Made by a program: the position numbers and the translations under genes. Shown in pieces: positions 12,081 to 23,689 of a stretch of 64,000 nucleotides of DNA (positions within the stretch are counted from its first letter, which is position 1; each line of letters opens with the position of its first letter). The stretch lies in NCBI GenBank assembly GCA_020184695.1, contig JAANOX010000075.1, positions 1 to 64,000 of the forward strand, in the 5' to 3' direction. The DNA is from Histomonas meleagridis 2922-C6/04-290x (lineage: Eukaryota > Protista > Parabasalia). The notes beneath the pieces are model-generated. The model did no database searches, was not told the origin of the DNA, and saw only the letters and a program-made list of their open reading frames with translations.

Positions 12081-12528
12081 ATATGTTTTAAGTATAATTT
12101 TTTAAAATTATATTCATATAAGTTACTGAGATGCTGAAGTATGTTTTTGATAAAAATTATTACATATAGGAAGATACTAAAACTGTTTTTATATATTTAT
12201 TAATCAATCAGAAAGGGAGTATGGATTATGGAACAAAACTCCAACCCTAACACTTTTTCACATAAAATTTAAAGTTTATAAAATCCTTATAAAGATTAAA
12301 TACATTAATGGATTCATCAAAAGAAAAAATTTACACAAAATTACATGGAGAACATAATTCCTTTTTATTACAATTGATTTCTGTTATAACAAAAAAAAAA
12401 TATCAGATTTGGTCTTTGGTTTCAAGCCAGACAGGAAAGGAAAATTTTTTACATAAAGATAATGCAAAATTAGTCAGTTCAGATTTTGGGGCAGCCCATT
12501 CTGCCGAAATTTTTGTCAACTGAATTTA

Positions 12529-14265
12529 ATGCCACCACAATATCGCCGCCTTTGTTATATTTCAAATACTTCTCAAGCATTGGAACATGGGAACGTTGAA
12601 GGATGTTTATCATTGATATGTGAAAAAGGCACATTTACTTTTAATTGGATTCCTTATGATTCACCACAATCTCAAATTACTATTATTGCTGAAAACACAT
12701 CTACAGGGCTCGACAAAATTGAGTTACAAAAAATTTCGTTAATAATTTTTAATGAAAGTGAAACAGATATAATCTTAATGTTGCGTTTAACAGAGCTTAT
12801 CAAAAACCCTATACATCCAGGAAGCCCTCAAGATTTTCGAAAGTTAGTGATACCAAAAGAAAATATTCTTGAAATATCTAATTTAATAGAATGTTTAATA
12901 TTAAATCGAATTGCAGTACCATTTCATTATGAAAGTTACAACTATTCATTCAAAGTTTACGAAAAATGTTTATGTTGTGATTATTTTACATATCCCACTT
13001 ATCTTAAATTCCAAGTTTATGAATATACAAATATGGAAGATTTATGGGTAAAAATCATTGACTTCTTTACAAAGTTCATGAACGAAGTTGGCAATAACCC
13101 TTTTCTTTCACAAGACCCCAATTTTTCAATTGGAATTCCTGCAATATCTGCACATTTCCTTATTATAAAAAAGATACAGGAATACATCAGTGAAATACCA
13201 CAGTATGAGCCAATAACCAAAGAAAATTTTGAATCCCTCTTTGATTCTAGCGGAAAGCTCAAAGATATTGAATTATTCAAATTACGAGTTTTTCATGCTG
13301 GTATTCAATCTGATGTATTCTGTGAGCTTCTTCCCTTTGTTCTCGGATCATATCCTTTAGATAGCAATTCAAATGATCGAAAAACGCTAATTGAAAAACA
13401 AAAAGAACATTTTTCACTTCTTCTAGAACAAGTAAAGTCAGTCTCTCAATACCAACTGCTTCGTAATAAGAAGCTATCTAATGCCTTTCGTGTGATCACC
13501 AATGATGTTGATCGTACCGATCGTAACCACCCGGCATTTGAAAAAAGTGGATCTATCGGCATGACACTTTTGACGACACTTTTACGCTCATATTGTTTAT
13601 ATGATTTTAATATTGGTTATCTTCAAGGAATGAATGATTTATTTATTCCTATAATATTTTCATATTATCCTAAATGGGATAAAGAAGGGAATCCCATTGA
13701 TGATGAAGGAAATATTTTAGATGTTAATGATCATATATCAGATATTTTTTGGTGTTATAATTCCATGATGAAAACTATTGATCATGCTGAGTTAATATCG
13801 AATGTTAAAGATCAATGTTTACTTAAGGCGCAAATTGTTGTTGAACGATTAACTAAAATATGTCCAATGATAACAATTTGGCTTAAGAACTACGACTTAA
13901 CTAACTTGTTATGGGTATACCAGGACTTTGTTCTGTTGTACAAACGAACGTGGACAAACATTTGGGATCTGTGGTTACAAATGTTTTCGTTTAAGCAGCC
14001 GAAATACTTCTTGATATACTTCATCACTGCAACGATAATTTTGATATTCCCAAAAATCGCAGAACGAGAAAACGTGCTGATAACAACTGTAATGGATTCG
14101 TTCCCAAAGGAATTGGAAAAAATGGATCCCAAAGAAATAGGTAAAGTCGCACTATGGGTGGCGGAAAATGCGCCAATTGAAGCGGAAGAACAAAAAATAG
14201 AAAACGAAATGTCAAATGTGAAATATGAGTATAAGTTGTGTGAGCTATTTGATAAACAAAAGTAA
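12529..14265 (+). CDS. TBC-domain Rab GTPase-activating protein (Gyp7/TBC1D15-like)
   Basis: Catalytic fingers ITNDVDRTDR (IxxDxxR) and GYLQGMNDL (YxQ); LRVFHAGI...LLPFVLG motif. Confidence 0.9.
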   Translation: MPPQYRRLCYISNTSQALEHGNVEGCLSLICEKGTFTFNWIPYDSPQSQITIIAENTSTGLDKIELQKISLIIFNESETDIILMLRLTELIKNPIHPGSPQDFRKLVIPKENILEISNLIECLILNRIAVPFHYESYNYSFKVYEKCLCCDYFTYPTYLKFQVYEYTNMEDLWVKIIDFFTKFMNEVGNNPFLSQDPNFSIGIPAISAHFLIIKKIQEYISEIPQYEPITKENFESLFDSSGKLKDIELFKLRVFHAGIQSDVFCELLPFVLGSYPLDSNSNDRKTLIEKQKEHFSLLLEQVKSVSQYQLLRNKKLSNAFRVITNDVDRTDRNHPAFEKSGSIGMTLLTTLLRSYCLYDFNIGYLQGMNDLFIPIIFSYYPKWDKEGNPIDDEGNILDVNDHISDIFWCYNSMMKTIDHAELISNVKDQCLLKAQIVVERLTKICPMITIWLKNYDLTNLLWVYQDFVLLYKRTWTNIWDLWLQMFSFKQPKYFLIYFITATIILIFPKIAERENVLITTVMDSFPKELEKMDPKEIGKVALWVAENAPIEAEEQKIENEMSNVKYEYKLCELFDKQK

Positions 14266-14620
14266 AATGTTTGTAATAAACAAATAACATTTTTATTGTA
14301 AATAAATGAATTTTTTCAATTTGCAAAAACATTATACAGCAGCATAACTTATAGAATTTACTTCTTGTGACAAACGATATACAAATTAAATGTGAATGAA
14401 ACTGTTCCACAGAAAAAAACTATCGTCATTCTGAAATTTCTATCGTTTGCAATATGAACCAAATAAAAGTATTAAAGTAAATACGAAAAAATGTAATTAC
14501 ATCTGAAGTTAAAAAATTATAAAAATATAAAAACAGTTTAATATTAAAAACATTTATTAAAGACAAAAATTACATGGTATGAAATTTATCAACGCAAAAT
14601 CCGTATATATTTGGAAAAGA

Positions 14621-15256
14621 TTAGTTTTTGAGCAAGTACTTCCTGTAAAAATATATGATTTTGAGTTTGTCGTTCGACCATAAATAAAATCCAATTACAG
14701 ATGATATAAGTGCAAACAAACATTGGCCAAAAGAAAAAATAAAAACAAAAAACATGAGCACTGAAACAAGTAGCTTATCTGTAAATTGGCTTTTGATTGA
14801 ATGAGATGGAATCTTCCATAAAGTAAAAACGAAAAAAGAAAAAGGGACAATAAGAAATAATGAAATATGACTCTTAAATCCCCTGGTTAAGATGGTAATT
14901 AAGAAAAATGGTAAATATGAAATGAAGTTATAGATCATAAATAAAATAAGACTTTTTTGTCCCAAAATTCTTTCTACATGGCGAAGCATCCATAAGCATA
15001 TTGAGATAATAACTCCCTGAATGATAGAAGGCCAACAAAGTAAAGTTTGAATAACATCGAGGAATAAAATTTCATCATCACCACCTTGAGCCAAATGTAA
15101 AACTATAGTAAGGAACCCCACGACTGTGGCTATGTTCTTTATGAACGGTGTTCCACTTAATAACCTGATCCCGAAAAACATTTGTGCTACAATCTCTGAG
15201 GTACCCCAATTTAGGGCACCCTGAAAATTCTGAATATGGAATTTCCTCATTTTCAT
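14621..15256 (-). CDS. Multi-pass membrane protein, possibly rhomboid/Derlin/UBAC2-like
   Basis: About 5-6 TM segments; LRHVERILGQKS resembles the R-x-x-ER motif of rhomboid-superfamily pseudoproteases. Inference only. Confidence 0.45.
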   Translation of the reverse strand: MKMRKFHIQNFQGALNWGTSEIVAQMFFGIRLLSGTPFIKNIATVVGFLTIVLHLAQGGDDEILFLDVIQTLLCWPSIIQGVIISICLWMLRHVERILGQKSLILFMIYNFISYLPFFLITILTRGFKSHISLFLIVPFSFFVFTLWKIPSHSIKSQFTDKLLVSVLMFFVFIFSFGQCLFALISSVIGFYLWSNDKLKIIYFYRKYLLKN

Positions 15257-15346
15257 TCACCAAATCGAACCTACAAAACGTTCTTTGCTCCATATTCACA
15301 GTAATACTTATAATATCTTAAATCGATATGGGTTCGTTTGTCTGAT

Positions 15347-16416
15347 TTACTTCTTGTTCTTCTTTTTGTCTTTCTTATCCTTTTTCTCTTTTTTGTCTTT
15401 TTCCTTTTTGTCCTTCTTGTCTTCCTTTTCCTTCTTTTCCTTCTCTGGCGGCTCGCTTACTTTCGCGCTTACATTTTCCTTTTTCTGGAATTTCGACAGA
15501 ATCAAATCCCTTAACTTCGCTAATGCCTCGTCTTTATGCTCTGGCGTGAATCCCTGCGCTGAACCATTCGTTTCAAGAATGTATTCCTTGCCATCCTTTC
15601 CGATAATGGTATCAATGGAAAATGTTTCCATGTCAGGGAACTCTTTTCGGATCTCTTCGACCTACATTCGGTACTTCGGTGTAACTTCGATGTCTTCGCG
15701 GACATTAGGCATTCCATGATTAACTTTCCAGCCTTGTGAAACGCGTTTATGAGCTGAAATGTAGTCTGGCGCAATGAACGCTATGCGAACTTCGTATTCA
15801 CTTTCGATTAATGGTTCGGCGGCGGAATAGTGATTACCGATGGCAACAACTGTCTTAAGATCTTGGAACTGATCGTTTTGTGTGATCTTCATTTTGCCAT
15901 ATCCTGCGTGTGGATATGATACCTTGACTACAAACGGAAGTGATGGCGTAAATACCATTTCAGTGTAGTCGCTATAATAAGTTTGTGGAATAACAGGAAA
16001 TGTATCATGCCCAAGTTTGCGTTGGAGATCACGAAGACGTCCCATCATTATTGGTCGATCAAGATCACAGAGAGTTGCATAAAATGGATTAATAAGTGTA
16101 ACTCCTGCATGATAAAAACCATAGAGGATATTCCTATAATCATTGGATGTACCAAGGGGACCAACATAACGGAAAAGCATACGAATAAGAACAACACTTG
16201 GTGTAATTACACGTTTCATTTTTTGTTTTTCTGAAATAGAATACTTCGATGGCATGAGTGTAACATTTACAGAATCGGGAAAGATGTTAATGAAATATAT
16301 TCCCACATTGCTTGCTCAACGGTAAAAACATCAGCACATTCTTGGCATACATCATACCAATTTTCTTTAGGGCCAGAAATCACAAGAACAGTTGGAAGGC
16401 GTTTTTTCCCTTGCAT
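15347..16416 (-). pseudogene. Synapsin-like ATP-grasp protein gene with one frameshift and one in-frame TAG
   Basis: MQGKKRLPTVLVISGP...EQAMWEYISLTS, then a -1 shift near 16280 into FPDSVNV...PFVVKVSYPHAGYGKMKI...EPLIESEYEVRI, then KYRM*VEEIRKEF (TAG 15662-15664 where Trp fits), then ETFSIDTI...YILETNGSAQG and a K/D/E-rich tail. Lesions could be assembly errors. Confidence 0.7.
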
Positions 16417-17086
16417 TGTCAAATTAATTGTACCCGTTCCAATTTTTTGAATTGATGTCTATCGTCGGGATGTTATGCTTCACAATCTTGCAAGATCGCT
16501 TTGAATTTCATATTTTTCATATTTCGAAAGTATTTAATATCTATTCACTAAGTAATGTATAATCATCATATATAGAAATATAACTAAAAAAAATGGACTT
16601 TTTTAAAATTTGACGATTTCATAATATTGAACAAATGTGTAGAGAATTTCTAGGTTGTAATATGTATCACAAAGAATATTATTAATGCCTATATGTTATC
16701 ATTACTACTGAACTTCGAAACGTCACCATATGAATTTCAGTCTTACCAATTTTTTAAAAAGTTTCGATTTTTCCTTCGAAAGTAATCATCCTGGCAGAAC
16801 GATTAAAATTCTCACAAATGTACATATTGACATTTATTTGATGAGTTGTTGAGTTCTAAGTACTTGATTTATGCAATTTTTTTAATTTGAATCATAAGTA
16901 AAATAAGAAATGCGGATAATATTTATCAAAAAAACAATGATTTTCTTAAAAATGATCATTCCAAAAAAATTTCAATTCTATCGTCAAATTAAAAAACATA
17001 ATATTAAACATTTGGCAATATGGCTGCATTACCAAAACTTAAATAAAAGCAAAATTATTAAATTTTGTTTGATGAATTTAGTTTTT

Positions 17087-18013
17087 TTAATTTGCATCAA
17101 TTATACTTCCATCAGTTTCTTCAACACATTTACCAAGAAATGAGTTAACTTCCTCGAATATGCTTGTGCTAAAGCAAACAACATAAACATCCAATCCGGA
17201 CATCTTGATTACATCCATATTTTCTTCGATTGCTCCGCATATCAAATCAAATGGATTTCTAAACACGCCACCTCCGAGTAGTGTTAAGTATAATTTATTC
17301 GATCCCGGTCTTCCAGGGAATAAAATAGAGTTTTCCCATGCTGCCAAAATAGCCGCCCGATATTCAGAGGAAAGTAATCGTTTTGCCACCATCAAAGTAA
17401 ACTCATTCTTTCGAACAGTCGTAACAAAGTTAAATGCAGCAGCAAAGATATGGTGGACGATTCTGCCTTCCTCAACGAGATAAAATTCACCTTTTTTTGT
17501 AATTTCGGTTTCAAGTTGGCCAACATTGCCATTTGGTTGCTTAACAAAGTAGTTACGATAAACAATGGCTGGACCAGAGCCTAGGGAACAATATGGTCCT
17601 TGGGTACCATCATACACATAACGGGTTACTCCATTATGCGCTGTTTGATATGGACTAACAAACTCAAGACAATTAAAATTAGATGCAGCAAGGTAAGAGG
17701 CACCGTCGTTTTCAGGAAGACCTTGGTTTTGAAGAACATCAATAAGTTCGAAATGTTTGGATAGGTGACTATCACCCTTAATTAAATGAAGCTTACCACC
17801 ATTGCGAGGTTGATCTAATAAGTTCTTAAATGAGGAAACTGTGCGAACTTGAAAGTTACCAGCTTTATATTCCTTTCCATTAATTTTTGATCGTAACACT
17901 GCTGCATCATCGTGTTCAATACACTCAATATTGTCATATATTTTGGAAACATCTTCCTTAAATCCGAAAAGTTTTTCGAACCATTCATGGGGTGGGAACG
18001 TCTTGTTTTCCAT
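17087..18013 (-). CDS. Conserved hypothetical protein (ASxFNxLE / DxTQGP / YRNYF / LTLLGGGVF family)
   Basis: These motifs are present in the 308-aa ORF; from recall the family occurs in bacteria and protists and is macrodomain-like. Not verified by search. Confidence 0.6.
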   Translation of the reverse strand: MENKTFPPHEWFEKLFGFKEDVSKIYDNIECIEHDDAAVLRSKINGKEYKAGNFQVRTVSSFKNLLDQPRNGGKLHLIKGDSHLSKHFELIDVLQNQGLPENDGASYLAASNFNCLEFVSPYQTAHNGVTRYVYDGTQGPYCSLGSGPAIVYRNYFVKQPNGNVGQLETEITKKGEFYLVEEGRIVHHIFAAAFNFVTTVRKNEFTLMVAKRLLSSEYRAAILAAWENSILFPGRPGSNKLYLTLLGGGVFRNPFDLICGAIEENMDVIKMSGLDVYVVCFSTSIFEEVNSFLGKCVEETDGSIIDAN

Positions 18014-18408
18014 GGAAATTTGGTAAATTTGAAACTGTCAGTTCACTTTTGATGAATTCAATATTTTACATATTTTTGCTCAAAAAACATAACCGCTGGG
18101 ATTTATAAACGCCACTTTTTGTAGTTTATTCTATCGTTATCTATCGTTCATTCCATTGGTATCGGTTTAGACATTGATTCTTTTCTGTCATATTAACTTA
18201 TATTATTTATTTTAGAACATGAGACATTGAGTTTTTGCTTTTACAGTTAGAGTCGAGTTGTATGACAATAAGTCCCTTGAAAACAAAAAAATCACTTGTA
18301 TCACCCACGGAAAAGAGTTTGGTAGATTCAACATGATTTTTAGATATATTTTGTTTATGATAATAATCGCTTTATAACTCTTTTAAATATGAAATAAAAA
18401 AGTCTCTG

Positions 18409-18950
18409 GTGTATATGATGGTGAAGTTTGTAATATGTTTCGTTGATGATAATGGTGATGTTGCGTTTGGTAAAATTGCAATTACAGGTGGATACACTGA
18501 AATTTATCATCTTTGTGAGAATAATAATAAGGTATTCTATCGAAAATTTCATTTAAGTATAGCAACTGAGTTAATTTTATCAAACATTCCTTCTTCGAAT
18601 AAATTAAGTTATTTAGGTATAAAATATATGAACTCTTTTGATTTCGCATTTTTTCATTTATATTAAATTATAGTATAAAAATTAATGAAAATATTTTAAA
18701 GGAATCAGTTAAATTTGGTAATATATACCTTCTTAAATATTTGTTAAAATCATATGAAATTCCAAAAAATATTTTAATATGTGCATTTTTGGAAAAATAA
18801 TGAGCTTGTTAAACTTATTTTAGAAAAGAATGATGTTAATATTAACACTAAAGATCTTTATTCGTTTTATAAGTCGATATTTTAAAATAATATTTGGAAA
18901 TTTTTTAATATTTTATACAGCTATATATGCATCTAAAAAAGGACAAAATA
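18409..18950 (+). pseudogene. DUF3447-ankyrin relic with one shortened insert
   Basis: GKIAITGGYTEIYHLCENNN (DUF3447-like); INENILKESVKFGNIYLLKYLL; then NNELVKLILEKNDVNINTKD, a 61-nt insert (18856..18916), and TAIYASKKG. Confidence 0.7.
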
Positions 18951-19324
18951 AATTTACATACGTGCTTGCCATATTATTATAATTTCAGGTGGCAATGAAT
19001 GAGTTTAAATCCGTTTATGATATTTAGATATTATTTAATGCTTATGTGTGACGAGGGTTTATTAAAATAATCATCAATAATTTTTTTTCCTAAAAACACA
19101 TGACGATATTTATTTTTACACTTCCATATCTCCAATAATAGAATAATATTCAATGAATAGCTTCAATTCACACAACTAAATGAATAACTTGGATTCAATT
19201 TCTCTCGCTTTTATATAATCTCTTGATTAGTAAGTACACTTACGATTTGTTTTTGCATTCTAAAAAAACTTTTAATTGTTTTTACAAACAAATTCATCAA
19301 TTAATTTTACACACACATGACGGT

Positions 19325-22072
19325 TTATTTATTTATTCCACCCATTTTCTTCCTTGCTTCTAACTCCTTTGCGAGGGAATTAGCCAACTCTTCCTTGCTC
19401 GAGCTGATCTTTATTTTGATTGCTTTCTTCTCCGCATCGAGACACAGAGTGCACAGTACGTCATCGCCTTCTCTTGTCTGCGAGAGCAATCGCTTTTCTT
19501 GCTCGCTGTTAATGATTGTCGCTTGGAAAATATTCGCAAATTTCTGTAACACATTTCTCGCTTCCATACTTACATTGTATGTGACTTCTGACGAGAATGT
19601 GCATTTTTCAATAAATGTATCAAGTGACGATTCATCAGATGGAACAAGGAAATAAGATGGGAAAACAACTATGCGGGTTTCAAGTGAGTCAACACCGCCT
19701 CCATTTGGAACAATTATAAATTTGGCCGCTTGAGCTAAATAAGGATTATCAACACTGATAACAAAACTATGCATAATGGATGAGCTTGGGCCGATTCCAA
19801 TAGTTAACGGAGATATATCTACCGATTTGATATGAGATGTTTCAATAAGTGTAAAACCAATTGAAGGTATAACAGAACTTGATTCGTTGTTGATTTGAAT
19901 CGTAAACTCAAGTTGGCCGTGCTTATCTAAGGGAACAATCTTAGATATGCTAATAATAATTGATTGATTACGAGCAAGAATCTGATGTCTAGAATTTGGT
20001 GAAGGCCCTGTAATTGGCATGTCAATGTCTTTTGGTTCAGCATTATTGTTATTTCTATTATGATGTCTTCTTTCTTTTCTTTTGATCCATTTAGTTACAG
20101 CAGGATGAACCTTAACGGGCTCCTCCACTTTTTCTGTATCGGGTGAAGTGACATTTTCATCCACTTTTTCATCTGGAATTTCATCGAACGATAGCTTCTT
20201 TTGTTTTCGTTTTCCTTTTCGGTGATGTTTTCTTTTAGTTGTTTTACTTGACTTAGTTTTATTAAATATGGTCAAAGGAATTGATAATTCATCCTTTGGA
20301 ACTTCTATTTCTTCATCTTTATCATCACTAAAAATATAATTTCTTAATTCATCAAAAGAATCATTTTCATTTCCCCTTAAAGTCTTACAAATCTCAACAA
20401 GCCCTAAAATGGAATAAGCTCTTTCTTGTATTTCAGGATATTCTGATTGTTGGAACATTGGTAATTTTAATTGGAAAAGTGTTTCTAATTCTTCGAATTT
20501 CTCATTACTTTCGGCTTTTAAGTACAACACAAAACTAGTTCCAATACAAGCAGCTTGTACTCGATCATCACAATTGGCAACTATCGGCTGCAGCACTTTT
20601 GAAAACGGCTCTGAATTTTCTGAATACTCTCCGATGATGTGTAAAGCAGTCAAAAGTAGTTGCGAAAGTCCCATGTTCGATGGGTTATCAAACAATTTGC
20701 ACATTTCCTCGATTATTCGTTTTCTTGTATCAGGTACTCGAGTGACCAAATCAATTAATTGATTAGAAAGGACATTAAAACATGAGAAATTTCCTTCTTC
20801 GATAAAATCTGTTAAAACAGATATATACCAATCGAAATCTGTAACAAGTTCATAATCATTTTTGGAACATATCTCTATCACACGCTTAAGCAATGTGTCT
20901 CTATAGGTAATGATATTCGATGATTTAAAATGTTTAAACATCATTGCAACTATAGAATCAATTGTTTTAGAATTCGCCAAATCACCTAACAAGTCAAGTG
21001 CTAGTAATGATTCGAACTCATCACCACTGTTAACACAACCCATAATTAATTCTCGATTACTTACAACAAGTTTTGGATATGATTTCATTAATTGAATAAA
21101 GTACGAAAGAAAGATAAAACGATAGTTAGGGTCAGAGCTTTGTATAAATGTTTGAATCCGATATGAAATTAATGAAATTAATCGTTGATTAGTAGATGGC
21201 ATTGATAGAATCGTTTTCATACATTCAACATTAACAGACATAGATGATGAAGTCTCAAGTATAATGGTGAGTGGTTGAACAAGTTTTTTGGGTAATCTTG
21301 GTTCAACTTCAATGAGCATACGAACTATTTCTAAAAGGCGAAGAGAAACGCCAACAAACCGAGTGGTTTCAAGCATCTTACATAACTTAGGAATAAAAGA
21401 TATAAAATTCTTCGGATTAATTTTGCATAATTCGCATATAACGGTTAGTGTGGCGTAAACCACTGAAATGTCGTCATCGTTGAGATGACTTTGGAGCGAT
21501 GAAAAACCAGGACGAAGTGCTTCTGGAAACTTGAGACAGATATGGAAAAATGCAAAAATTGCTTTTTGTCGTAAATATGGTTTGGATGAATTCATGAGTT
21601 GTATTACATCTTTTGATATTTGTTCTGCAAGAGCTGGTGAAAGAAATGATGGTATCGAACTAAGAACTACTGAAACTAATAATGGATTGCCTGAAATGAG
21701 ATCATGTTGAATTAAATTTATTGCCATTAAAACAACATCAGAAGTTGGTTTCCAACAAATTTCTGCTGCTGTATATGCTACTCTTTTTGCTGAGTAATTG
21801 TCCATTGACATAACTTCGAGAATATAAAAATCTGCCCAAGCTGTATCATGTTGTTGGATATTTAAGAAAATTAGTTGTTGCATCACATCTACTTTAGCTT
21901 CTATTGATTGCCCATGCATATCTTTATGAATTTTTGATAATAAATCACTAAGAAATAATGATAATTGCTGAGGATTCCTAGAATTCACAAAATACCTTCG
22001 GAAAATTTCTTTGTTTGGGTTTGTAATTATTTGTGCTGTGTTTTGGAAAAGTTTAGCTATGTTCTCCATCAT
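19325..22072 (-). CDS. AP3D1: AP-3 complex subunit delta (adaptin)
   Basis: Adaptin trunk motifs YSAKRVAYTAA, KPYLRQKAI, EPRLPKKLVQPL, SSDPNYRFI, DFDWYISVL; basic/acidic hinge and ear. Likely start MMENIAK at 22072. Confidence 0.85.
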   Translation of the reverse strand: MMENIAKLFQNTAQIITNPNKEIFRRYFVNSRNPQQLSLFLSDLLSKIHKDMHGQSIEAKVDVMQQLIFLNIQQHDTAWADFYILEVMSMDNYSAKRVAYTAAEICWKPTSDVVLMAINLIQHDLISGNPLLVSVVLSSIPSFLSPALAEQISKDVIQLMNSSKPYLRQKAIFAFFHICLKFPEALRPGFSSLQSHLNDDDISVVYATLTVICELCKINPKNFISFIPKLCKMLETTRFVGVSLRLLEIVRMLIEVEPRLPKKLVQPLTIILETSSSMSVNVECMKTILSMPSTNQRLISLISYRIQTFIQSSDPNYRFIFLSYFIQLMKSYPKLVVSNRELIMGCVNSGDEFESLLALDLLGDLANSKTIDSIVAMMFKHFKSSNIITYRDTLLKRVIEICSKNDYELVTDFDWYISVLTDFIEEGNFSCFNVLSNQLIDLVTRVPDTRKRIIEEMCKLFDNPSNMGLSQLLLTALHIIGEYSENSEPFSKVLQPIVANCDDRVQAACIGTSFVLYLKAESNEKFEELETLFQLKLPMFQQSEYPEIQERAYSILGLVEICKTLRGNENDSFDELRNYIFSDDKDEEIEVPKDELSIPLTIFNKTKSSKTTKRKHHRKGKRKQKKLSFDEIPDEKVDENVTSPDTEKVEEPVKVHPAVTKWIKRKERRHHNRNNNNAEPKDIDMPITGPSPNSRHQILARNQSIIISISKIVPLDKHGQLEFTIQINNESSSVIPSIGFTLIETSHIKSVDISPLTIGIGPSSSIMHSFVISVDNPYLAQAAKFIIVPNGGGVDSLETRIVVFPSYFLVPSDESSLDTFIEKCTFSSEVTYNVSMEARNVLQKFANIFQATIINSEQEKRLLSQTREGDDVLCTLCLDAEKKAIKIKISSSKEELANSLAKELEARKKMGGINK

Positions 22073-22182
22073 TTCCAGTTGCTGTTTTGTTTTCAAATGT
22101 TTACAAAAAATGGTTTCAATTCGATAGCTAAAAATATGAAAATGTTGCGCACAACTCAAAGCGAAACCTGACAGGGTTATTT

Positions 22183-23060
22183 AGCGTTCATGATAACAAA
22201 AAATTTACATGTGATGATTATCTTGGTTATGCCAAAATTAAACTTACTCCTGAATACATTAGTACTAATGTAATAAAGCTCTTACTTTACAAGTTGCTTC
22301 TGCAGAACCAAAGGGCCACTGTCTACAAACTTCCCTTCTAATCCAAATCACAAGAACTACAAAAACATTTATGCTTATGTCACATATTGATGATCAATCC
22401 AAGCAATTGTTCCATTTTTCTTGAAGCAATTTTTTTTCGAAAAATCAAATTCTCTTACATGTTATCCAGCAACAAATATCTATAGTTTATTTAATCATCT
22501 AATCATCATACACACCTTGGTACCACTGGATTAGATGTTTTTCGCTTCAACTTAAAGAAACTCGGCACACATATTTATACCTAAGAATTTCTTATATTTT
22601 TCCTTACAACCAAAGATTATGAAGAAGTTACACTTAATCTTCCAAACGAATGCGAATCAACTACAAATTTTCCCACTTCAATACATCATTCCAATACGAA
22701 AAAAAACATTTAAAGAAATTCATTTTCAGCCATCACACAGCCAACAAAAGATATACATGATTAGAAATGTTGCGCATTAATCCATTGAGTTTAATCACAT
22801 CATATCGTAATACCTAAAAAAATTGATTTCCTTGTGCTGCATGTTGAATTCGCCGCTTTTTTACGTTGCAAAGTATTTCAACAGAAAGACGGAAATTTAT
22901 TGAAGTTGATAACGTTTATCAAGAACATCAGAAGAATATAAATTAAGCAATTGTCTTTTCAGGTTTTTCTGGAAATGGAAAACAATTGATTTCATTTGAT
23001 TTAGAAACCTTACCAAATGATGCGGAAATAATTCCATTTTATTTGGTAACATATGAAAAT
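22183..23060 (+). pseudogene. C2-domain plus TerD-domain gene relic
   Basis: SVHDNKKFTCDDYLGYAKIKL (C2-like) at 22183; AIVFSGFSGNGKQLISFDLETLPNDAEIIPFYLVTYE (TerD-like) at about 22948-23057; many stops and frameshifts between them. Confidence 0.45.
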
Positions 23061-23689
23061 GATAATGATTATGTACTTAGGTTAATAAATGTCTGTGGAA
23101 TATCGATAATTTTGGAGTAAAAAGATGGATATGAATTGTTTAGTTGTCTCCCAGAAGAACGAAATTCAATGTTAATTATAGTTGTGTTGAAAAGAAATAA
23201 AAATAATATGTTGAATTTGTATAGCTGTATGTGACACAAGTGAATATGAGAATTATATAGAAAATTTAGTAAATGATCAGAAATTGATTCCATGTTTATT
23301 GAAAATAAATGAAATATAATTCTTGAGTGTGATGTGCAGTCATCTAGATGACTACTTCTGTACGGATCTACTTTCTGCTGACATCTAAGCGAAGTTTGAA
23401 AATGTTGCTATGTAGTACAATTCATTTAGCATCTGTTTAAATAAATTTTTTTTCTAAAATAATTTTAATATCAATGCTTTCTTAAAATGAGTTAATTATA
23501 AAACAATGAATAATTTCTGAATATAAACACTGAATTGGACTTGTTCCAATATTTGATCTTGTTCGAAGATTTTGAATGTTTTGTATAATATTAATATTGC
23601 TGTTAACTGACAAACATAAATGTGAATTCTTTTTATGTGCCTTTGTTTATCAAAATATGCTTGTATGAGAATCGTTAAATTGTTTTCGC

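Noticed and set aside
12308-12523. 71-aa ORF as an N-terminal extension of the TBC gene
   Set aside because: Different frame from 12529, low-complexity AT-rich composition and no motifs.
15662-15664. Stop-codon reassignment explaining in-frame TAG/TAA
   Set aside because: TAA, TAG and TGA all terminate intact genes in this window, and conserved long genes have no internal stops.
15285-15719. Phe/Ser-rich 144-aa plus-strand ORF
   Set aside because: Antisense of the K/D/E-rich tail of the synapsin-like gene.
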